NCBI GenBank assembly: GCA_044869275.1
Contig: JBIOXB010000117.1
Coordinates: 1-35,617 of the forward strand
Direction of reading: 5' to 3'
Length of the DNA stretch: 35,617 nt
From: a bacterium
Lineage (GTDB): Bacteria; Zhuqueibacterota; Zhuqueibacteria; Zhuqueibacterales; Zhuqueibacteraceae
Shown: piece after piece, positions 32,837 through 35,617 of the stretch
Position numbering within the stretch: position 1 is the stretch's first letter
How the letters are laid out: the number at the start of each line of letters is the position of its first letter
Program-made: the position numbers and the translations under genes
The notes under the pieces: model-generated
Databases searched by the model: none
What the model was told of the DNA's origin: nothing
Seen by the model: the letters and a program-made list of their open reading frames with translations, nothing else

Positions 32837-35617
32837 ATGAATCGACCGATAACGTGGCTTGTGCTTCTCACAATGGTGATAGGGCTGGCATTTTTGGCAT
32901 CGCCAGCGTCCGCGCAAGCGCCAACGGCCATCATCAAGATTGAAGGTTACAGCCCTCAAGAGATCCACGATTTGGGCTGGACCTCGCCGCGATCCACCGG
33001 TTTGCCGGTCGTAGGCGTGGGGCAGGTGGTTTATCTCCTCGGCAGAGACTCGCTCAATGCCGCCGTGACCAGCTATGCCTGGTCGTTTACGGCAAGGCCG
33101 GCAGGCTCCACCGCGGCGCTGGATAGCACGAACAAGAGACAAACCACATTCAAGCCGGACATGGTGGGTAAATTCACTGTGCAATTGGTCCTCACCACCG
33201 CGGGCGGCACCAGCGCGCCGAGGACGAGCACGATCACTTCGTCAAAGTTCGTCGGCGTCGGCGGCATGGATAGCTTGCCTACGAATCCTGCAGAAGGGCA
33301 ATGCAGCTTGTGCCACAGCGCCAATTTCGCCGCTTGGAGCAAAACCGCACACTCGACATTTTTCAAACGAGCGATTGACGGCCAGGCCAGTCCTTCTTAC
33401 AACGAATCCTGTATCGAATGCCATAATACCGGATTTGATGATAGCCCCGCGGCAGTGAATGATGGTTTTGATGATGTAGCGCGAGAAACAGGCTGGGTCT
33501 TCCCGGCGGTGTTGCAGCCGGGGAATTATGCCAACCTGCTCGCGACCAACCCCAGACTCGCGGCGCGCGCGAATATTCAATGCGAAAGCTGCCATGGCCC
33601 GGCAAGTCAGCACAAAGGCGACAAGACCAGCATCGCGATGCGCCTGGAGGAGGCGACGTGCGGCTACTGCCACGAAGAAGAACCGTATCATCGCATCGAC
33701 ACGCAGTGGAAAGAATCCGGACATGCGGTGGAGTCTGCTGAAGCAACCAATGCGAGTTGCGCAAGATGCCACTCCGGTTGGGGATTTATCCGCCGCGTCG
33801 ATCCCAAAAATCCGGATACCCGTCCGGCACTTGGGTTTGGACAAGTGAGCTGCGCCGTTTGCCACGATCCGCACCGGTCGGAATTGTTGCCAAATCAGGT
33901 GCGGACACTGGATAATGTCACCCTGGGCGACAGTGTGACCGTGGTTGATTATGGTGGCATGGGCAAAATCTGCATGCAATGCCATATTAGCCGCCGCGAC
34001 GCGGAAGACTATGTTAACAGCGTAGCCAATCTCAGCACCCGCTTTGGACCGCATCATAGCAATCAGGCGGACATGCTTGACGGTTCAAATTCCATCGACT
34101 ATGGCGTGCCCATCGGCAGCTCCGGCCACAAGTTCGCCACGGCAGATGCCTGTGTGACTTGCCACATGGGTGCAACGCCCGCAGAGGGCCAGCCCGGACA
34201 TGACATAGTCGGAGAACACACCTTCGCAGTGAGAACGGACAACGGTACTCCGACCGATCCCAGCGATGATGTGCAGAACGTGGCCGTCTGCCAGTCTTGC
34301 CACGGGCCGATCACCTCTTTCGATGACATCATGGCCAAAGCCGATTACGATGAAGACGGTGCAATCGAGGGCACACGTCATGAAGTCGAAGGATTGCTCC
34401 ACCGGCTCGATCAGTTGCTCCCGCCGCGCACTTCGAATGCGGTGATCAAAGCAAACTATGATTGGACCCTGCCAGGCTTGTCGCAGTCTGAGATTGAGCA
34501 GCGCCACGCCTATACTAAAGCCTGGTACAACTTGCTGTTTGTCGAGGAAGACGGCAGTGGCGGCGTACACAATGCCGGTTACGCGATTGCTCTGCTGCGC
34601 CGCTCCATCGCTACGCTGACCACCGGCGACATAGGCGCGGGCGATATTGTCTCGATCAAAGACGTGGCCGAAGATCAAGGCAAACAAGTGAGGATTATGT
34701 GGTCGAAGTTTGCCGCTGACGGTCCAGCCTCCACGAATCCGGTGACAAGCTATTCGATCTGGCGGCGCGTTGATGATGCCGGAGCCACCGCAGGCGTCAA
34801 GCTGTCTTCGCGTGCAGAAATGTTTGCCGCCGGCGTTTTGAACAATGTCGGCAAGCGCTACACCGTCAATCAAGCTGGAACCTGGGACTTTGTGGGCTGG
34901 CTGCCGGCTTCCGGCTACGAGGCATACAGCACGGTCGCACCCACGCTTTATGATAGCACCACCGCAGGCGTTCATTGGTCAGTGTTCTTCATCTCCGGCC
35001 AGGCGCATAGCGTGACTTATGAAACTGCGCCGGACAGCGGATTTTCGGTCGACAATCTTGCCCCGGCGCCGCCCAACAATATCTCGGCGAGCTATGTTGC
35101 CAGCACGGTCAGGTTGAGATGGGACGAATCCGTCGATAAAGATTTCAAGTATTTCGCCATCTATCGCGGCACGACTCCCGGTTTTGATCCCAAAGGCGCA
35201 CCCCCGCTGGCCACATCGAGTGAGACGGAATACACTGATAGTCAAGTAAGCGGCGGAAGCGCATATTACTATCGCCTGTCCGCCTATGACTTCGCGGGCA
35301 ATGAAAGCATCTACTCCTCCGAGGTGGGCGTCATCACGCGCGTGGAAGAACGCGGCAGCGGCACACCCACGGAATATGCGCTGGAGCAGAATTATCCGAA
35401 CCCGTTCAACCCCGAAACCACGATCAAATATCAACTCCCGCAGCCGGGCCATGTGCGCCTCGTTGTTTTTGATGCGCTCGGCCATCAAGTGCGGGAGTTG
35501 GTGGATCGCGATCAGGCCGCGGCTTATCACCTCATCGTTTGGGACGGTCGCGACCAGGCTGGCCACGTCGTGCCTTCCGGCTTGTACTTCTATCGCCTGG
35601 AAAGCGAGAAGTTCTCG
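32837..35617 (+). CDS. Secreted 9-heme cytochrome c with PKD-like and FN3-like domains and a C-terminal T9SS-type sorting/FlgD-Ig domain (3'-partial, at least 927 codons)
   Basis: Manually translated and absent from the ORF track: GGAGG RBS; signal peptide ASA-Q; CSLCH, CIECH, CESCH, CGYCH, CARCH, CAVCH, CMQCH, CVTCH, CQSCH; DGSGGVHN; then YALEQNYPNPFNPETTIKYQLP...WDGRD..G..VPSGLYFYRL. Confidence 0.92.
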   Translation, partial: MNRPITWLVLLTMVIGLAFLASPASAQAPTAIIKIEGYSPQEIHDLGWTSPRSTGLPVVGVGQVVYLLGRDSLNAAVTSYAWSFTARPAGSTAALDSTNKRQTTFKPDMVGKFTVQLVLTTAGGTSAPRTSTITSSKFVGVGGMDSLPTNPAEGQCSLCHSANFAAWSKTAHSTFFKRAIDGQASPSYNESCIECHNTGFDDSPAAVNDGFDDVARETGWVFPAVLQPGNYANLLATNPRLAARANIQCESCHGPASQHKGDKTSIAMRLEEATCGYCHEEEPYHRIDTQWKESGHAVESAEATNASCARCHSGWGFIRRVDPKNPDTRPALGFGQVSCAVCHDPHRSELLPNQVRTLDNVTLGDSVTVVDYGGMGKICMQCHISRRDAEDYVNSVANLSTRFGPHHSNQADMLDGSNSIDYGVPIGSSGHKFATADACVTCHMGATPAEGQPGHDIVGEHTFAVRTDNGTPTDPSDDVQNVAVCQSCHGPITSFDDIMAKADYDEDGAIEGTRHEVEGLLHRLDQLLPPRTSNAVIKANYDWTLPGLSQSEIEQRHAYTKAWYNLLFVEEDGSGGVHNAGYAIALLRRSIATLTTGDIGAGDIVSIKDVAEDQGKQVRIMWSKFAADGPASTNPVTSYSIWRRVDDAGATAGVKLSSRAEMFAAGVLNNVGKRYTVNQAGTWDFVGWLPASGYEAYSTVAPTLYDSTTAGVHWSVFFISGQAHSVTYETAPDSGFSVDNLAPAPPNNISASYVASTVRLRWDESVDKDFKYFAIYRGTTPGFDPKGAPPLATSSETEYTDSQVSGGSAYYYRLSAYDFAGNESIYSSEVGVITRVEERGSGTPTEYALEQNYPNPFNPETTIKYQLPQPGHVRLVVFDALGHQVRELVDRDQAAAYHLIVWDGRDQAGHVVPSGLYFYRLESEKFS

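Noticed and set aside
32834..35566. Several minus-strand ORFs listed in the track (33242-34057, 34085-34975, 34979-35566)
   Set aside because: All lie antisense to the real + strand gene starting at 32837, which the track omits because it has no stop in the window

Overview
A gene-dense window with almost all genes on the + strand. It probably comes from an FCB-group anaerobe or facultative anaerobe (KSB1/Calditrichota-like; inferred only from a C-terminal QNYPNPFNP/FlgD-Ig sorting domain and the intergenic repeat style). The left part (1-14.7 kb) is a redox and oxygen-defence block: NfnAB-like transhydrogenase, DUF302, a ferritin-like protein, cytochrome bd (cydAB), an ECF sigma with zinc-finger anti-sigma, a probable UGA-recoded selenopeptide in frame with thioredoxin, an NnrS-like protein, a CDF transporter, PFOR (nifJ) and its DHOD-like partner. 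The right part (14.9-35.6 kb) is a multiheme cytochrome island with six c-type cytochromes carrying 59 heme-binding motifs by manual count (4+11+19+9+7+9). These are a c554-like tetraheme, a split and a fused CbcL-like c/b quinol oxidoreductase, a Rieske/cytochrome b complex with a 9-heme partner, an ImcH-like NapC/NirT protein, and a 9-heme cytochrome ending in a T9SS-type sorting domain. That last gene is missing from the ORF track because it runs off the window end. Together these suggest a possibly undescribed extracellular electron transfer route using a T9SS-exported cytochrome under sigma-54 control. Non-coding structure includes a duplicated ECF promoter, two segments bounded by long inverted repeats, a deleted cytochrome b relic and several inverted short-period tandem arrays. 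All calls come from manual reading; no database searches were run.
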